Assembly (NCBI RefSeq): GCF_001949145.1
Contig: NW_019091360.1
Span: 2,167,599 to 2,231,598, forward strand
DNA: 64,000 nt
Reading direction: 5' to 3'
Source of the DNA: Acanthaster planci
Taxonomy: Eukaryota
Positions 1-54,298 of the stretch are shown one piece after another (within the stretch, counting starts at the first letter, position 1; each line of letters opens with the position of its first letter). The position numbers and the translations under genes are program-made. The notes below the pieces were generated by a model, which had not been told where the DNA came from, did no database searches, and was given only the letters and a program-made list of their open reading frames with translations.

Positions 1-531
1 AACATTCTCCCACAGGCTACACACACTTCAGTTTCAGGGACTGACTATCAACAAAAGATTAACTACTGAGGACAGGGGAAATCCTGTATTCCCTTTCTGC
101 ACCTGTCCTCTAAGACATGGCCTACACGCCCATACATATACACTTGTTCCTGTGTTGTGAGGACCGCACATGCATGATAGCTATTATGGAGACCGATAAC
201 ATCGTCAGGACAGATTTAAGTCCTTAGAGGTTCAATACAAGCCAAATGCAAATTTACGGTATAGACTCTTGCAGCCAGGTAATTGATTCTATTAAAAAGT
301 GACAGTCCCAACTTCATTGACAGCAGCGTCACTTAAGGGCAAAGTGGCTGCGACTGGTTCAAGGCAATCTCCAAGAAGATAACATCTGAACTGGCTGAGT
401 AGTTTCAATACACGATGAGAAGAATGTCTTTGTTTTTCCCAAACACTATTTTAGCCTAAGTTGCCTTAAAGTTCCGCAGAGTGACTGTGCCCCTCATAAT
501 CTTCCTTTCCCCCCCTCCAAAAAACCCCACA

Positions 532-40424
<39,893 letters not shown>

Positions 40425-41047
40425 TGGGCTTGTAGATGAGTCCTACCAAGGAACAAAGAAAATGTACACTGAAAAAAAAAATGGTTGGAAAAAAAATTGG
40501 TTCATTTACAGGAATACACGTACATGTACATCAGTCACACTCCATTTTCAATTTAGAACTACAAGTAAATGTAATTAAGGCAGTACAGGGATACTGACCT
40601 AAAAAATTTCTGTGTTGAAAAAAGATTCCACCTAAAAACAGCACTGAGAGTGAGAAGACTTACTACAGTAAGTATCTTGTCAAAAAAGCTGGCATCTTTT
40701 AAGATATGTTCAAAGACCAACAGCAAGATACATGCAAACACTTAGGAGCAACTGTCAAAAATGTTGACTACAGAATGACAGCACTTATGTAAGTGTACAA
40801 ATCAACTCTTGTCATAATCAAATCCAGTTAATGCGTGTTGTGCCTGTTCAGTATGTTGTGCTGAAGGAATCTATATGTACCGGCACATGCCCAATGCTTC
40901 TGAGGAAGGATGTAACGAAAATAACTTCAACAACCAAAAAAAGCAAGACGTGCTCACAGGCTCAAGATTATTTCCCACTTTCAAGACAGATTTGAACAAC
41001 ACTCACAAGATACCGGTCGCAGTACATGTAAATGTAGACTCTATTGT

Positions 41048-41072
41048 NNNNNNNNNNNNNNNNNNNNNNNNN
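41048..41072. other. Assembly gap (25 N)
   Basis: N run. Confidence 1.
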
Positions 41073-43809
41073 GAGAGGAACAATGTAATTATTCAATAAC
41101 ACCACCAAATAATTTCATAAATGAAGTGCTTTTTGAGAGCTTGTGGGATGAAACTTCACAAGCTTAACGAGGTCTGATCCAAGCAACAACATTAAGAGAG
41201 AATATCCACATGTACATGTACATAAAAAGTACACGGTTCATACATGTTCACTTACTGCTTGACAAACAATATCACACAGAGTGCCTGGCTATTTCAAAAC
41301 TATGGTACATGTACGTACATGTACATGTAAATTTCTACGGTACATACAGTACAAGGTTGATTCTCAATATTCAAAAGTCCCAAGTCACTTTCCAGTCCTT
41401 TTGTAACAAGATACACAATTTCACTTGTCTCAGCAATGTACCGGTACATACATGTACATTTACATGTACAGTACAACGCTCAAGGAGAAATTCTATCGGA
41501 TCATTCTTTAAGTTAAAATTGGATCCATTACTGTACAATGTAAAGTGTAAACTGAGCTGCTATCATAAACTCCAATCAACTTGAAGCTACACATGTACAA
41601 TGCAGCTACATGCACTGTATACTGTACATCCTCTGCAATAATAGACTCCTTGCCGCCAACACACAGTTTACAATCGATGCTGATTCAATTGAAATTACAG
41701 CACACGCACCGATACGTGTAGGGGGCTCATTCAATGAGACGATCACCAAAAGGGAGGAATACTTTTCACACAATCAAATGACGAGAAATCCCCCCTGTTG
41801 GCCACAAAGACCTTGGCAGCATCATTGATCCAGCACGTTGCAAGTTCCGGCACTGAGGACGGTCAAGTGAGAGAGAGGATCATGTAACAGAAAGAAAAGG
41901 TAAAGTGTATGCATTCCATATAGGAACTCCTATGGAATTCATGTCCATGCATCTGTCAATAGTAATCTCTTACTAATGTGCAGAAAATGTTTTACAATGC
42001 GACACTTCTCAATCAATCTCATGCATGAGTGAAAATTCTCCATCAGAGAAGCTATTCATGTCAAAAAAGAGAAGACTCTTCTCCAGCATCAATTTTAAAA
42101 TGTCAAAGCCGGTTCATGTGCCAGTACATGTACTTCAGGCGTTCATGTACATGTATGTATAAAGCAAAGCCAATTTGAAGCCATGAAAGATTTGCAGCAA
42201 AGTTTCACTCGAGATGAAATAACGTTCAACTTTTGCAAATTCGCTGTGTAAAGCTTTGACCTGACATCACAAACTCGTATTTGTGTTCACTTTTGTGCCA
42301 AGTACATGTATGTACATATATGAACTGGCCCTTTTAATGCTTAATGTTATATGAATTAAAACTTGACGGCTAAATTTCTTCAGAGCAAAATCTGTAGAAT
42401 ATGAGGCCTCCAAGGTTAGATATATTCATTGGTACCTGAAAAATGGATTCTTCAATGCATTAAAGATCAGTCACACCGCTTTTATGTTAAAAGGTTATTA
42501 AACAGGGAACTGGTCATTATTACCCATATACATGTAGTGACTGCCATACCCCTCCCCGTACATGGAGCAGCTTCTCTTCGCATTTATAAAAAAAATCATC
42601 CTTTTGGGAGTTCAGTTCCGCTGCGCAATACTCAGAGTAAAAAAATGAGTTGATAAGGGCAGCAAACAAATCTAAAGATTTGATGATGTCATAATAAGGC
42701 TCTCTTTCCCCCAGAGTTTCTTGACCTTGCAACCATAATAAGGGCTTTTTAGTGCAAGAAGAGAGAAAAAGGGGGACTAGTAAGTTAGAGATCATTCTCT
42801 GCAATGACTGCGGCTATCTGCCTGAAATTCATCGGGACCTTACTCTCCAAGGTTCAAATTGGGACAGTTCAACTTTATCATACGATCCAGTGCTGACAGC
42901 ATCTTGACTTGTCTGATCAATGCTGTCGATGTAATGAAAGCAATTCCAAGTCACTCATACTATCCAACCTCTTTTAATTCACAGTTAAGTTCGAGCAAGC
43001 ACAGTGGTCACGCACACATCCTTGCACAGCTATACTTGTGGGGTATTTCCTTTGTTCTTGTGTACAAAACTCCCACACAACACGCAAAAAATTCAAATCA
43101 CTCTAATTTAAACCAAATTCACTTTCCTGGGTTGAAATTTCAACCGTATGTCCCTTATATAAAACACTTCAATTTGTGACAGATTTTTACCCATCAAAAA
43201 TTTCCCCTTTTTGAGTTATTTCCAAATATCAGTTTTGTGAAATTCTTGTAAGGTAAAAACTGGCCTTGTGCTCATGCTTTTGATGTAACAATTTTAATTT
43301 AGTTTTTACATAACAGATTGTTTTTAAATATAACTAAATTTCACAAAAAGTGAAATTGTAAATTATCAATGTGACTGATCTTTAAAATCATTCTTAACCC
43401 CTTCGCGCCGGGAAGCATAACATGACTATTATGAGTGCTAAACATACAAAAACAAATCATCATCAAAGCTACCGGTGCCTTGACACATGTACAGGTGCAT
43501 GTGTCCTGAAAATGGCACCACATGTACCTCAAGCATAATGGATTCATTGAAACAGGAAAACTTTCCCTGAGAATCTTTTTAATTACTTATTTTCTATTTT
43601 GAATTACTTTTTTCCTATGGTTGCAAATAGATCCCACAGTAAATGAGCAGATAAGTCAGGTAGGCCTAAGATGTACATGTACCTGACTGGTGGATGGTCC
43701 TATGTGTCAATTTGAGCGGAGCACTTTCCCTCTCTGATAAATGCTTGTGACATTTTGGTTTTCCTCAATACCGGTATATACACAGTGAACAAAACTAGCT
43801 AACAAAACT

Positions 43810-44973
43810 GTGCTGAATATCCAAATAACCGAATATTTGATCGATTGTCGAATATTCAAATGTTATTTTTTGAATTTGAAGATTCGAATGCAAAATTCAT
43901 GAAAAGGAAAGGAAAATTTTCTTTTGTTTTAAATGTTTTGTTCGAAATAAAAAAAATTGCACTATGGNNNNNNNNNNNNNNNNNNNNNNNNNNNNNNNNN
44001 NNNNNNNNNNNNNNNNNNNNNNNNNNNNNNNNNNNNNNNNNNNNNNNNNNNNNNNNNNNNNNNNNNNNNNNNNNNNNNNNNNNNNNNNNNNNNNNNNNNN
44101 NNNNNNNNNNNNNNNNNNNNNNNNNNNNNNNNNNNNNNNNNNNNNNNNNNNNNNNNNNNNNNNNNNNNNNNNNNNNNNNNNNNNNNNNNNNNNNNNNNNN
44201 NNNNNNNNNNNNNNNNNNNNNNNNNNNNNNNNNNNNNNNNNNNNNNNNNNNNNNNNNNNNNNNNNNNNNNNNNNNNNNNNNNNNNNNNNNNNNNNNNNNN
44301 NNNNNNNNNNNNNNNNNNNNNNNNNNNNNNNNNNNNNNNNNNNNNNNNNNNNNNNNNNNNNNNNNNNNNNNNNNNNNNNNNNNNNNNNNNNNNNNNNNNN
44401 NNNNNNNNNNNNNNNNNNNNNNNNNNNNNNNNNNNNNNNNNNNNNNNNNNNNNNNNNNNNNNNNNNNNNNNNNNNNNNNNNNNNNNNNNNNNNNNNNNNN
44501 NNNNNNNNNNNNNNNNNNNNNNNNNNNNNNNNNNNNNNNNNNNNNNNNNNNNNNNNNNNNNNNNNNNNNNNNNNNNNNNNNNNNNNNNNNNNNNNNNNNN
44601 NNNNNNNNNNNNNNNNNNNNNNNNNNNNNNNNNNNNNNNNNNNNNNNNNNNNNNNNNNNNNNNNNNNNNNNNNNNNNNNNNNNNNNNNNNNNNNNNNNNN
44701 NNNNNNNNNNNNNNNNNNNNNNNNNNNNNNNNNNNNNNNNNNNNNNNNNNNNNNNNNNNNNNNNNNNNTCTTGCTAAATCGCGGCTGGAGATACTCCTAG
44801 ATGTGACAAGCTATTACATTAATCATAATATACAAATGTGTGTGTTATTGCAACTGATTTTGTATATGGTTTGTCCAACAATCTGCTGGTTGGTGCGACT
44901 GAATATTCGGATATTCGATCGAACTGAAGATAGAATATTCGAATAGTGAATTATTCGAACTGACTCAGCCCTA
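43810..44973. mobile_element. Probable hAT-like element with CGAATATTCG subterminal repeats, spanning an assembly gap
   Basis: GAATATTC arrays on both sides of gap 43968-44768; right end CAGCCCTA (TAGGGCTG terminus). Confidence 0.5.
43968..44768. other. Assembly gap
   Basis: N run. Confidence 1.
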
Positions 44974-46193
44974 AACAAAAACAGTAGAATATCCCAGAAC
45001 AAATCATTGAAACATATATGCATATACATGTACTGTACTCCCCCCAAAAAGCATGTTTTTCTTCCCCTTTTTTCTCTAACTGGGAGGGAGCGTGCCGCAA
45101 TGAAGCCTGAATTCTCCGTGCCTGCATGGTTGAGACAACCAATTTGTACAGATGGATCCGTGCTTATGTCCCTTCTCCGAGCTCGTGAATGGCAGAGCCA
45201 TGCCTAATGCCTGAACGAAAACAATGCCAGACTGCACGACAGAAGAATGGGCTAGACAGATAATCCACTTTCCACGGCATGATTCGATTTGACCAAGGAC
45301 TGAAAATACTTAGCCTTTCAAGTATATGTACACAAATGGTGCAAGGTACCCAATGTCGCTTAAATTTAATAAGGATAATTAATCCAGCTGACATTCTTGC
45401 TACTTCTGTACATACGCGCACCGTACGTGCAGACACATGTACATGGGCATGTGTGTGTGTTATCTACCAGCAGATTTCATTCCAGCATACATGTACTGTA
45501 CTTGTGGTTCCGATTACAAAGAAGGCAGGAAGTCTTCACAGTGAAAAAAAGTGAAAGAACACATGTGTACAGCTGGGATAAGATCTGAGAAGGACGGCAT
45601 TCTACATCAATGAAAAATTGCCAAGGGTGTTCTGGAGTGAAAAATATACTAACTGTGCCTGTACAAATTCATGCCAGTCAATTCAAATCTGAGTATATTG
45701 TTCTAAATGGAGATCAAAATTTGACTTCAAATGTGTGGGCAACTGTCTGAGTAACATTCACTTTCAAGAGATGTTCTCTGCAAACATAAATTCTGACAAG
45801 GTCAGCGACGTCTTCATAGACCCAACTCTGAGACCAAAGTTAATTTCCTTACAGGAACCACTCAGTTGGGTATCAAATTCAGTAAGTGCAAGGAAATTGA
45901 ACTTAAAAGAAAATTTGTTGCTAATATGTTCTTGGGGTACGAACAAGTACCATGTACTAGTAATTTGTGATATGGGGCAGTACGGACATCCAGGAATCTT
46001 GCAAAATGGCAGGTACCACGCTGGTGAAAACAGCAACCATGGTGATGTACCGGTACATGTACGCACGCACCAGCCAGTCAGAGGATCGGGTTACACAATC
46101 TTTTCTTTGATCAGTACGTGTGCTCATTGCAGTTGTTTTCATCGGCGCGGTGTGGTTGCTACATGTACCTGCAATTCTGTGAAACTCCCGGAA

Positions 46194-46494
46194 ATGGATA
46201 CGAAACTTTTATGAATGGATAGAGAAACATGTGGCCTTTCAGATGACACAAGGATTGCCAGATTTAAACATTTCTTAGTCCTTTTATGCTCGATTATATG
46301 AAGCATTCTCTGCGTGGGAATATGATCAGTGTAGCACAGACGAAGCCAGAATTCCGCAAAAATATCAAACAGTCAGACAAGATTTGGCACTTCCTTTGGC
46401 AGATATTTCCCAAACTACTGCAAATATGGATATGAAACTTAAATAAATGGAGAGGGGAACATGTGGCCTTGCAGATGACACCAAGATTGCCAAG
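46194..46494. repeat. Pair of ~68-bp diverged direct repeats (46194-46261, 46426-46494)
   Basis: atggata.gaaactt...aacatgtggcctt.cagatgacac.a.gattgcca. Confidence 0.75.
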
Positions 46495-49400
46495 TAAACT
46501 CCAGTGCTACGCAGAACATGTATCGATACATTCTAATTGTTAGACTTCCCCATGCTTCAAATAACAAGAAAAGTGAAATTATTTATGTACTGGTATATTA
46601 CCCCTATGAACCATGTACATAAAATATCGGAAATATTTTTAGTGTCAAGCCAGCTGAATCCAACAAAAGTAAAACAAGCAAAACTGGATCAAAACTTATG
46701 ATTTTTACTGCTAAATAAAAGCAAAATAAATCTCACTCTTTGATACTGTAAGACTCACAAACCCTTACTGTACTTTAATAAATTAAAAACAATTATGAAA
46801 AGAAAAATTATCAAATACCAAACCCACTACTATTAGATGTATATACTGTATAGTACATACAGAAGAAATACACTGCAGCATGTACAATGCGTATGGCAAG
46901 TGTAAATAAAGCCAGCCTATCAGCACTGTGAGCAGTACTTTAGTAAACTGGGTGTGAACAACTACAGGCAACAAAGTTCAACATACCGGTGTGCCGGTCC
47001 GTAACATTATGAATGTACCTATATACATGTACATGCACATGTACGTAAATGTACCCTACATGTACTTGTATGCTTGAAACATAATCAAAGGAACAAGTTA
47101 ACAGTAATTAACTACAATACACATGCACGACAGATTTCAAGTGTAACATGACTTTACGAAACCAATTTCACAAAGATCAATGCTGCCTGCAATGTATATG
47201 TATGTACAACTTCAACGTACATGTACATGTACATGCATTCAGAGACACTGTACCAAAGCGTATGCCTGTATAACATCTCACTTGTAATTGTCAGATCAGG
47301 TGTACTAGCTCCTCATGTATGCATGCCCACTGGAGAAAATCGCCTGATGAAAAACCATAAAATAAAAACAAAACAAAAGAGACCTCTGCGACAAGAGAAG
47401 TTCCAGCAGATCATCTGATATCAGCTCGTCAGCTACCCGGTACATGTATGCGATTCCCCGGTCAAGCAAAAAATCATTCTGCGACAGGCAGGTAGCGAGC
47501 CCGAACTACATGTAAATCACTGGCTGGCTGCAGGTGACTGGTCTGCCATTAGGCACACCTGCATCTGTCTTCAGCATCAATCAAAAATTACTAACGATAC
47601 ACTGGTGTAGCCTAGGGGATATTTCAGCAGTGAATAGAAAAAAATTGCTCGCGAGGTGCACTAGTAAACACCGCCTGTGATTAAACATTTTAAAGTGTCA
47701 CGGAAAGGAGAAACTGTTGAAAAGAATTTGATTTTTTAATCTAAAGTTTAATGGAAGATGAGAAGTAGGAAACTGCACAGAACAGCATTCATTACTTGGG
47801 TCTGCATTTTCAATTTCAGGTTTGAGGTAACACAGCTGAGGCCAGTAGTTAAGCATGGGGGGTTCCCCCAGGGCATCCCTTGCACACTCTCACATTATAA
47901 TGAATAAACCAATTTTCAGTACAAGTGTACCGATATTACCAGCACATACACTTAGGTAGAAAATTTGAACTTGGACAGCTCGATTTTTGTGATGCATGGC
48001 AAATTTGAAAAATCCTCAGAATTTTCAAACACTGAATAAATTCCTTTGGTATAAATTCTGCAGAAATTACCAGTGGTAGGCAAGAGAGTGCATACAGAAC
48101 TCTGTTAGGAATGTAAAAAGTTAAGACACAGTACACCAGTGTACCAGTTTGTTTCACTACACCTGCCTGTATGTACATGTACATTGTACCTGTAGAGCCT
48201 AGTCATTTGAATCCAATGAAAATGCAGCCATACATCTTACCTACAGTAAAGTCCATATAATATTCCACATTGACAGATTTTGTTTGCTGTTAGTATTTTG
48301 AAGAAAGATTCCCCTTTTAGAATGATGACAAGCAAATTGCGGACCAGTGAAGTTCAAGTGCTACTTCTTCGTCCAAAAGTCAATCTTAAATCCAATTCTG
48401 GATCATTTCATACTGCCAGATGCATTACATTCCAAGCGGGGTGCAGTGTACTTTTTGACTCACACAAAGTACATTGTACCATGCATGGGTAGTGTAATCC
48501 ACAGAGCATGTTGCGTATACATAACTACATCCTGTAAATAACGGTTGCGCTTTTGTGAAGTGCACATACAGTACACCCTGATTGAGGTGTATTTCTCTGA
48601 AAGAAATTGTACAAAGGTCAAACAAGATTTATTCACTTGATTTGTATGGTCCAGACCCTAAAATGAAAAGGCTTTAAGGGTGTATACAAATGTAGACCGA
48701 TATTGTACATGTGCCCCTGCATGCAGTGTCTGCCCAGATGCTGGAAACCATCACAAAATGTTGAATTTTCATTCCCATTTGTTTTCAGAATATATGCAAT
48801 CATTTTTGCTTCACTTCAAAGAGAAATACATGTACATGTAAGTACATGTACATGTATGTGTAGAAAATCTGTTCTTCTGGGGTACGGTAGTTGGTATCAC
48901 AGCATCATTTCATATTTGAGGTTTTCTTCTAGAACTCGTGTAGTTTATGACCCAGACTAACCAATAATACAAATAATGAGCATAAGTTAAATATGCACAA
49001 TTTTCATTTTTAATTACGTTTTTTGGCCCTTGCCCACCTGAGTAAGCTTACGAGTGAATTTTTTCACAAGCTCTCAAACAAACACTGAGTAAAAAATACG
49101 CAATGAGAGTGTACATAAAATCCTAACCTTCTTCAATCCTCCGAAATCTTTTGGGCAGTTTTGGAGGATTTTGGAGGATTGAGGGTGAATGACAAAAGTG
49201 CATGGCTGATTGTGAAGGATGCTATGAGTGAAGGTTGTGGGTCAGACCTTGCGTTGTTCTTGCTCAGTCATGCTACCAGTAAATTCAGCCCAATATTTCT
49301 TTTCAATCAACCACTCTGCTCATAAATGGCATTCGCACTGCCTCAACATAATGGCAGGAATTGCCGGAGGATTTTGAAGGATTGAGGCAGTAGGCATACC

Positions 49401-51111
49401 TCCAAGTACATGTGACATATTCGAGAAATTTTGGAGGATTTTGGAGGTTGAGGGAAAATCCAATTTTTCACCCCCCCCCCCAAAAAAAACTGGAGGATTA
49501 TGGATTGAGGAGGGTCCCTAGCAAAAAGGGCCTGGGGGTTAGGGTTTTTTAACAACTCCCAATGCAAAGTACATATCTTGAAATACAAATATCTTGAAGT
49601 ACAAACATTCTTATTAATTAATATACAGGGATCTACTGGTAAAGTATGTATTTCAGCCAGTCTACCAATAAGTTTACACTTTACATGGAACAATTAATTA
49701 AGTGTCACATTCAGATCACAAAACATCACAGATTCCCAGTTTCCCACAAACACCCTCAAAAATTTTTAAAAGTCACTTCATATTTAAATACACATGTAGA
49801 TACTACATGTAGTATGGACAAGAATCAAATTGATAAAGTTGAAATCAGTTTATCAGAGAACTGAGATTTGGGAGTAGAATCCCCCTACACAAAAACCCCT
49901 GGCTCTTTGCTGACACACATTTACTGTACATGTACCAATTAAACAACATTATGCTCTAGCCATGACACCTTCCTCTATAAATTGATGTGATACGGTAAAT
50001 AAGTACTGTCAAAATCTTGACAAGTAAAGGATGGGGGTTGCAGTTAATGTTAACCAGTTAATGCAAAAGTTGTGACACTATACATGTACATGTATATTAG
50101 CAGAAGAGAATGTTCGTGTACATGTAGGTGTACCCAGTATGTATTCCATGGCGTGGATATGCTGCATTGCGTGGGTAGATTGCCTCTGATTAAATCGACC
50201 TTTCCAGCTTTCATTTTATTGAGCTTTTTTTTTTGTTACTTAAAGTTTTCTTTCTACCTTTAAATAAAAATCAACCCCTTAAATGGTATGTGTACCTAGT
50301 ACATGTACCTTCGTGTAGCAAATGTTGTCTTTTTGCCGATCATGTTCGGCGTGACATGCTACAGAATTTTGGGCTTGTTTTCACTTGGTTCTTCTGATGA
50401 CATCACTTTCTGTGGTCAGGTAGCTGTAAGAAAGAGTCAGCGATTGGACTCTCCGTGAATGGGTCTGCAGTAGCAGTCAGGATGGCAAAAAAGCAAGATT
50501 TTTCGCAGTTGGTGTGGGGTGGGGTGTGCCTTGCAGCATGCAAGCAACACAGGCGGTCACACTTGGCAGTGATGACTTGAACCAAGATCTCGCAGTTGTC
50601 CCTTACCTAATTTTAAGCGACTTGGCGAGGGTTTCGATCAGCGTCACATGAACTTTGAGATAACCAGATAATGTAATGGTGTGTACATTTCGTGTTATGG
50701 AGGTATTTTTGTACATGAAACATATTCTTTTAGCAAGAAAAAGTCAGCCTACGAGATAAAACGGTCTTTCAACCTAACTGACTTCGAGTTATCAACATTT
50801 ATTGTATATCCCCGTCTGCATAACTTTTGCTGGCTGCTTGGAAAAAGGGCAAGAACTGCTGCACGGCCCATGCAAGATAATCATGCAGCCTGCAAAAATT
50901 ATTAATTTTCAAGGACTTCATTTTCGAATTCATTTTTAATGGTGGCACTTGTTCGCACTCTGCTTAGATTTATTAGGATTGCATGTGTAGTGGAATCATT
51001 GAAGTACTGTACATGCTGTACTGGTGCTTCAGCATGCAACATGATGACCTTCGTGGTTGGATCGTCTGCAACCCAGGCTTAATACCCAGCGTAGGCCATG
51101 TGCAAGTAATA

Positions 51112-51283
51112 TACAGGCAATTCACAAAAGTGCGCATCCCAGAGTTTGCAACGAGTTGGCCAATCATGACGCCTGAAATCTGTGGACCCAATGCACGTTT
51201 GGAAAGGGTCAATAGATTTCCCGAACTGTGATTTGCCAACCCGTTGCAAACTCTTGGAGGCACACTCCTGTAAATTGCCTGTA
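51112..51283. mobile_element. TA-flanked MITE (Tc1/mariner-type TSD), apparently inside a SINE remnant
   Basis: TA-caggcaatt...gagtttgcaacgagttggccaatca / tgatttgccaacccgttgcaaactc...aattgcctg-TA. Confidence 0.75.
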
Positions 51284-52567
51284 CTGTTTCCCTCATGTGC
51301 CACATGGGTTCTTATCTACATGTACATGTAGGTTCCCCGGTTTTCCTCCCTCCAAAAAACTCAGCACATGTGATCTCTGGCTGTGCTCCGTGGTCAGACC
51401 TGGGCTATTTGACAGCTGTCTGATGCATCTTTGCATGCCTTCAGCTTAACTGCATTGTAACTGCATCCCCTTATTCCGCCCAGCAACTTCAACCAAGGCT
51501 GAAAAGAAAAACTACTAAGAGTAAAAATATAAGATACTAAAGTTACATCTGTGTTAGCCACAGGCTATGATGTACAGTTAGGGCCAAGAGTTCACATACA
51601 CCTGGTAAAATAAAAACAATTTTCCTCGAATTTCACAACTTCACTCATTCCTACCAACTTTTCTTTTCATGAGGACAGACAAGATGGGTCTCTGCTTAAT
51701 GTACACAGTGTATGCATCAAATAGCAACACCCAGAGACATGATTCATACTTATATTTACAAAAAACAAAACTTTTACATATTCCAAACCTAATATTTAGT
51801 GCCACTTCCTGTATTTTTTGTCACATCTCAAAGTCGCAGTGGACCACTTTCTGAGGTGTTTTTGAGCGACAATAAGGGGGTACGATGTAAATGTTCACAA
51901 AATGATTTGTAAGAAATATTAATATTTTGAACCATAGTAAATGTCTGAGTATTTTCAATTTAAGTACACACTATGAACATTCAATCGAGATACAATTTGT
52001 CAGACTTTGTGAAGAAAAAGTTGGCAAAACTACTTCAAACAGTGAAACATTGAGGAAAACTCTTTTTCTACCAGGTGTATGTGAACTTTTTGTTCCCACT
52101 GCGCATGTACAACAGATCATTACTTACCACTGACGTCTGGTGATCCTTCATAATATTGAAACAAGCTACTCGGTCACCGGTCACATGGCATTTACCGTGT
52201 ACTGCTGCTCAAGGCATCTTCAGGAATTCAAGCAAATTTCAGGGCTGTAGGGGTATATTAGCCACCTTGGATTTGTCACATCACTGGCTTGACAGAACGA
52301 ACAAAAGAATGACAGACCGTTAAAGCCACGAACATTTTGTCAAACGTTTTTGCCACAAACATTCATACAGCAGAGGTTGGGATATGTGCCTGTGGGAATG
52401 TAAAAAGTATGACAATGACACAAACTCTTGACGGTGCTTTTGTGATGCAAACATGCACAGCTAACATACCGTATGCCCCTCATCCTGCCCCTCCCCCCAG
52501 ACTTGTCGCCATTTTGTAAGGAATTGATAGAGCCAGCATTCTATTTGGGTGGGAGGGGGTTAGAATC

Positions 52568-52728
52568 GCAACACAGCCCCCATCTTTCCTTGCTGTTTTC
52601 CTGTCACCCGCAGATCAAAGCCGAGCTGTGACTGGTCAATGGAATGGAAGCAGATTGGGCCAGTCACAGCTCGGCTTTCACCTGCGGGCGACAGGAAAAC
52701 AACAAGGAAAAATTGGGACCTGTGTTGC
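52568..52728. repeat. Hairpin MITE-like inverted repeat (~73-bp arms, ~13-nt loop)
   Basis: gcaacacag...aaagccgagctgtgactgg / ccagtcacagctcggcttt...ctgtgttgc. Confidence 0.85.
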
Positions 52729-53029
52729 TATTGGTCAAGCTGTCATGCAACTGACAATAATTGAGAGAGCACATGTACATGCCGCTGATTTTCTGTGGCA
52801 TGGATGGACAAGATACTCATAAATGTCACCCTTTTAATGAGATATAAGGTTAATAAATATTCCAAGCAGGCATCTACATGTAACCTCACCAAAAATGGAT
52901 GCGTGAAATTTTGTTGCACATATATGTGTGATCAAAACAGCTAAAACTATATTTATGTGATTGTACATTGCTACCGTATTTGTTACCCCCAGAACTGTGG
53001 GGTCCGACATCTTCCCTGCTCTCACAGAC

Positions 53030-54088
53030 CCCACAAAAAACAAGCCTTTTTTGCCATAGGCAGTACATGATGTTTAACAGGGCACAAACAGGGATTTTAT
53101 TCTGGTTGTGTTCCCATAGAAATGCTGCTCCAATGCCCCCAAAAGTTCTATGTACGGTATGGTAGTTACATACATGTACATGTACCTTCCTACATTACAC
53201 CAAGAAAAAATGGACCAAAACCATGCCGATTTCCGAAATAGGTGCAAATCCCGATAAGCATCCGAGAGTCATGTGGTTCACATGTGTACTTGCAAAGACG
53301 AGCCGCGACCAAATGGTTGACTACGGCTGCGATCAATACACAAGACATGGAAATTGGCTGCAGCCATGTTCTTACATGTAGCTGCGACTGGACTGACCAG
53401 TTAAAATGGCAGTTGGCTGCGGCATGCTAGGGGTCACACTGACCAATCACAGGGCTCCTCATTACTTATACCCAAATGGTACCCAACGTTTTGCGTTGGG
53501 TACAAGTGCACGTAAGCACGCATCGCACCAAAGATCGCCGAGAACCACATCGAAAATCGCTGCAAACCACGTGCGAGATGGCACTTCCTCCACAGACATC
53601 ATTCACACTGCAACGGTGCGCTCATGTGCACTCGAACCCAACTGCACACACACGTATGGAAAGCAGCTGGAGCCAATTTCCATGTCTTGTGTATCAATCG
53701 CAGCCGTAGTCAACCATTTGGTTGCAACTCGTCTTTGCAAACAGACATTTGAACCGCATGACTCTCGGATGCTAATCGGGAAATATATGTACTTGCAATT
53801 TATTTTGAAAATCGGCATGGTTTTGCCCCTTTTATTTTTGGTACGAAGTATGAAGGTCCGCATAGGCGTACATGTAACTGTAAGCTAGGCCTACTACATC
53901 AATTTAGGGCCTATACTTATACGGTTAAATTTATAAAGTTATAGTACATGATGTAGGCTACATAGGCCTACCGGTAGAACTCTTGGGGGGAATGGAGCAG
54001 CATTTCTACGGGTACACAACATGAATAAAATCCCCATTCGTGACTCGTCGTGTAATACCTATGGCAAAAAAGCTTGTTTTCTGTGGGG
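53030..54088. repeat. Long foldback inverted repeat (arms ~53030-53364 and ~53666-54088)
   Basis: Mirrored blocks, e.g. accaaatggttgactacggctgcgat / atcgcagccgtagtcaaccatttggt and tagaaatgctgctcca / tggagcagcatttcta. Confidence 0.88.
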
Positions 54089-54298
54089 TTCGTGCACAAA
54101 ATGATCAGAAGTAGCCTACAATGCGTAACGTAACTAGGTAACACAATAAATCGGCAGAAGATCAGAGCAACGCGTCTCGCTGAAAAGTTTCTAATGAAAT
54201 TGAACCATTCGAGTTGTCACTGCCATCAACATGCAAGTACTCAAAACACAACAATCTGGACAACATTAAGTAAATAAGAAAACCATTCATAGCCATAC

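Noticed and set aside
42845..42905. Upstream ATG exon with a GTAAGG donor as a myosin N-terminal extension
   Set aside because: Its phase (2) does not match the phase-0 entry at 40442, and the ATG at 40424 already aligns with typical myosin III starts.
43845..44946. Long ORFs (278-329 aa) in the ORF track
   Set aside because: Artefacts of the N gap.
45735..46214. 159-aa ORF between the two genes
   Set aside because: Non-ATG start, no recognisable domain or splice structure, and it contains TACATGTA-type non-coding motifs.
53242..53888. Similar peptides (PISIRESCGS...ATKWLTTAAI) on opposite strands, suggesting a gene pair
   Set aside because: Explained by the inverted repeat; no recognisable domain.
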